Shown: piece by piece, positions 61,715 to 64,000 of the stretch
Layout: every line of letters begins with the position of its first letter
Position numbering within the stretch: position 1 is the first letter of the stretch
Sequence record: PZ452583.1
Strand: one strand, 5' to 3'
DNA length: 64,000 bases
DNA from: a phage
Position numbers and translations under genes: made by a program
Notes under the pieces: generated by a model
Database searches by the model: none
What the model was told of the DNA's origin: nothing
The model's input: the letters and a program-made list of their open reading frames with translations, nothing else

Positions 61715-62371
61715 ATGGCAGCACCTAGAATATCATTTTCGCCCTCTGATATTCTATTTGGTGTTCTAGATCGCTTGTTCAAAGATAACGCTACCGGGAA
61801 AGTTCTTGCTTCCCGGGTAGCTGTCGTAATTCTTTTATTTATGATGGCGATTGTTTGGTATAGGGGAGATAGTTTCTTTGAGTACTATAAGCAATCAAAG
61901 TATGAAACATACAGTGAAATTATTGAAAAGGAAAGAAATGCACGCTTTGAATCTGTCGCCCTGGAACAACTCCAGATAGTTCATATATCATCTGAGGCAG
62001 ACTTTAGTGCGGTGTATTCTTTCCGCCCTAAAAACTTAAACTATTTTGTTGATATTATAGCATATGAAGGGAAATTACCTTCAACAATAAGTGAAAAATC
62101 ACTTGGAGGATATCCTGTTGATAAAACTATGGATGAATATGCGGTTCATTTAAATGGACGTCATTATTATTCCGATTCAAAATTTGCTTTTTTACCAACT
62201 AAAAAGCCTACTCCCGAAATAAACTACATGTACAGTTGTCCATATTTTAATTTGGATAATATCTATGCTGGAACGATAACCATGTACTGGTATAGAAATG
62301 ATCATATAAGTAATGACCGCCTTGAATCAATATGTGCTCAGGCGGCCAGAATATTAGGAAGGGCTAAATAA
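61715..62371 (+). CDS. t: holin T
   Basis: 218-aa ORF, T4 T holin-like (N-terminal TM helix, large periplasmic domain). Confidence 0.92.
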   Translation: MAAPRISFSPSDILFGVLDRLFKDNATGKVLASRVAVVILLFMMAIVWYRGDSFFEYYKQSKYETYSEIIEKERNARFESVALEQLQIVHISSEADFSAVYSFRPKNLNYFVDIIAYEGKLPSTISEKSLGGYPVDKTMDEYAVHLNGRHYYSDSKFAFLPTKKPTPEINYMYSCPYFNLDNIYAGTITMYWYRNDHISNDRLESICAQAARILGRAK

Positions 62372-62644
62372 TTATTTGTTCGTATACATCTCTAGATATC
62401 GATATACACCCTCAAAACCCTCGTTGAATTCGTCGATGAGGGTTTTCTTATCTTCTTGAGTTAATTCAGAAACAATTTTACGGAATGAATTCTGATTTAA
62501 TTTTCTACCTTCATGCGTTACTCCAATCTCATTCAGAAATGCAATAAAATTAGCACGATTCTCAACAATATCTTCTCTGGAAAATTTAATCAAAATAGAC
62601 GCAACAGTAATAATTTCACGAACTGTATCAATGTTTTTATTCAT
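62372..62644 (-). CDS. asiA: anti-sigma70 factor AsiA
   Basis: 90-aa ORF, AsiA-like sequence; early promoter upstream. Confidence 0.92.
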   Translation of the reverse strand: MNKNIDTVREIITVASILIKFSREDIVENRANFIAFLNEIGVTHEGRKLNQNSFRKIVSELTQEDKKTLIDEFNEGFEGVYRYLEMYTNK

Positions 62645-62675
62645 TAACTATACCACTCAATTAGTTGACTTTGTT

Positions 62676-62704
62676 ATAATATCATCAGACGCTTGATTTG
62701 TAAA
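62676..62704 (-). promoter_or_regulatory. early promoter for asiA (TTTACA-17-TATTAT)
   Basis: minus strand GTTTACA...TATTAT about 30 nt upstream of asiA ATG. Confidence 0.55.
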
Positions 62705-62805
62705 CTGGTCTGTGTTATTTTCTTCAAAAATTTTTTCTACGAATTCCTTGAACGACTTACGTTCCTGAGCTACATTATGCTCGATTACTTTTTCAAGATT
62801 ATGAC

Positions 62806-63084
62806 TCATTCGAAATAATCTTCAATTTCATAATCATAGACATAAATCATTATAGTTTTTAATACATCATCAATACTTTTTCCTGGAGCTGGAATTACGT
62901 AAAAATATCCTGCTTTTGAGAGGTCTTTATAAGTTCCAATCAAGAAATCATTATTCTCAAGATGTAGTTCTTCAACTAATTCATTAACAATTGAGTGGTA
63001 TAAATTTGGTAGAAACTTATATAGCTTTTCTAGAATATCAATTTTGATTGTGTATTGAACCACGGACTGAGAATCAATAATCAT
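62806..63084 (-). CDS. arn: anti-restriction protein Arn (putative)
   Basis: 92-aa acidic ORF in the position adjacent to asiA. Confidence 0.7.
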   Translation of the reverse strand: MIIDSQSVVQYTIKIDILEKLYKFLPNLYHSIVNELVEELHLENNDFLIGTYKDLSKAGYFYVIPAPGKSIDDVLKTIMIYVYDYEIEDYFE

Positions 63085-63167
63085 AGACCTTCCCCTTATG
63101 TTTCTGTTTGCGATTAGATTCTTTAAACGCTTTCTTCTTATCTTTATGAACAGAAGCTTTATTAAAA

Positions 63168-63386
63168 TTATGCTTTGCGACTAAATTGTTCATAGTGCTG
63201 AATTACCTCTCTCAAACATTTGCATGTGAATGAAAACTTTTTAGCTACACCACATTCAAATATATGTTCTCTTAAATCGCGTGTATCCGTATATCCCATC
63301 TCAACAATAAAATGCCGTATTAGATTTTTATCTTTATCATTGAGAGAATTAAAATAATCAGATTTTGAATTAATTTCTCTGGCCAA
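63168..63386 (-). CDS. hypothetical protein
   Basis: 72-aa ORF with four Cys. Confidence 0.45.
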   Translation of the reverse strand: MAREINSKSDYFNSLNDKDKNLIRHFIVEMGYTDTRDLREHIFECGVAKKFSFTCKCLREVIQHYEQFSRKA

Positions 63387-63666
63387 ATTGAATCACCTTC
63401 AGTTGACGTTTTAGCTCTTTTATCATCTCTTCGTTCATCGCAATATAAAGATCGCGTAAAGCAGGTTTTAGCATGTCATTTATTATAGAACTAAATGGAC
63501 ATACATAATCTTTTCCTACAAGCTTTTTGGTGAATTCCATATCGCAGAACTTAAATCCCGGCTCATTGGTATAAATTCCCCAATTAGTTGACATCATTTT
63601 ATTAGCATATTCCAGTGCCTGGATTTGATTCATAATTCCATCGATTTGAAACTTTTTAATATTCAT
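63370..63666 (-). CDS. hypothetical protein
   Basis: 98-aa ORF. Confidence 0.5.
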   Translation of the reverse strand: MNIKKFQIDGIMNQIQALEYANKMMSTNWGIYTNEPGFKFCDMEFTKKLVGKDYVCPFSSIINDMLKPALRDLYIAMNEEMIKELKRQLKVIQFGQRN

Positions 63667-64000
63667 TAGTAAAGGTCCTCAGAGTAAAGTTCTTTTTCAC
63701 TACCACCACGTTCAATACGTACTTGTCCAGCGTAAGTTGCAATAATCATTGCTTCTTCGCGAGTCCAATAATTACTATATTGGTCAATAAACCCTTGGTC
63801 ATCATCACAAACTTGTTGAGTAACTAATTGAGGTTTAACTACATCTAAAACTTCTGCCATATCTTTAGAATAATGACGAGCACCTGGAATAATAAGAGTT
63901 CGTCCATCTTTTAATTTAAAACGGTTGGCTGCACAGACAATTCGTCGTTGATACTTTTGGTTTTCATCCCAATATGCAGTCTGCCAACAGATTTCAGGAA
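63666..64000 (-). CDS. hypothetical protein, 5'-truncated by window edge
   Basis: Reading frame stays open from the window end (…[27 protein letters not shown]…) to the stop at 63666; ORF-track start at 63860 is an internal Met. Confidence 0.5.
   Translation of the reverse strand, partial: PEICWQTAYWDENQKYQRRIVCAANRFKLKDGRTLIIPGARHYSKDMAEVLDVVKPQLVTQQVCDDDQGFIDQYSNYWTREEAMIIATYAGQVRIERGGSEKELYSEDLY

Noticed and set aside
62645-62810. Apparent roughly 50-aa ORF starting at an ATG overlapping the arn stop (ATGA)
   Set aside because: Careful re-reading shows an in-frame TAA after 17 codons (…CAG GAA CGG TAA); the interval is intergenic and carries the asiA early promoter instead.

Overview
This 64 kb window is a segment of a T-even (T4-like, Tequatrovirus-type) myophage genome, collinear with phage T4 from gene 18 to the asiA/arn region. 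All gene identifications rest on my recognition of the translated ORFs, their lengths and their synteny; no database search was run. Content in order: late head and tail genes 18, 19, 20, 67, 68, 21, 22, 23, 24 (+); rnlB, 24.2, 24.3, hoc, inh (-); uvsW, uvsW.1 (+); uvsY.-2, uvsY.-1, uvsY, 25, 26 (-); baseplate genes 51, 27, 28, 29, 48, 54 (+); then a long minus-strand early block with the alt region, DNA ligase 30 and 30.x ORFs, rIII, 31, cd and cd.x ORFs, pseT, a spanin pair, alc, rnlA, denA, nrdB, nrdA, td, frd, frd.x ORFs, 32, 59, 33, dsbA, rnh; then long tail fibre genes 34, 35, 36, 37, 38 and holin t (+); asiA, arn and unassigned ORFs (-). It is not T4 itself: td and nrdB are uninterrupted, 32 and 59 are adjacent, gp37 is longer and paired with a glycine-rich gp38 adhesin, there are two tandem full-length alt paralogs, and an extra ORF sits between frd and td. 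The extra frd-td ORF and the alt pair are the strongest candidates for something undescribed. Regulatory signals are T4-style: TATAAATA late promoters, sigma70-type early promoters (several with the -10 element inside an inverted repeat), at least one MotA-box middle promoter, and many GC-clamp hairpin terminators. No rRNA, tRNA or CRISPR array was seen.
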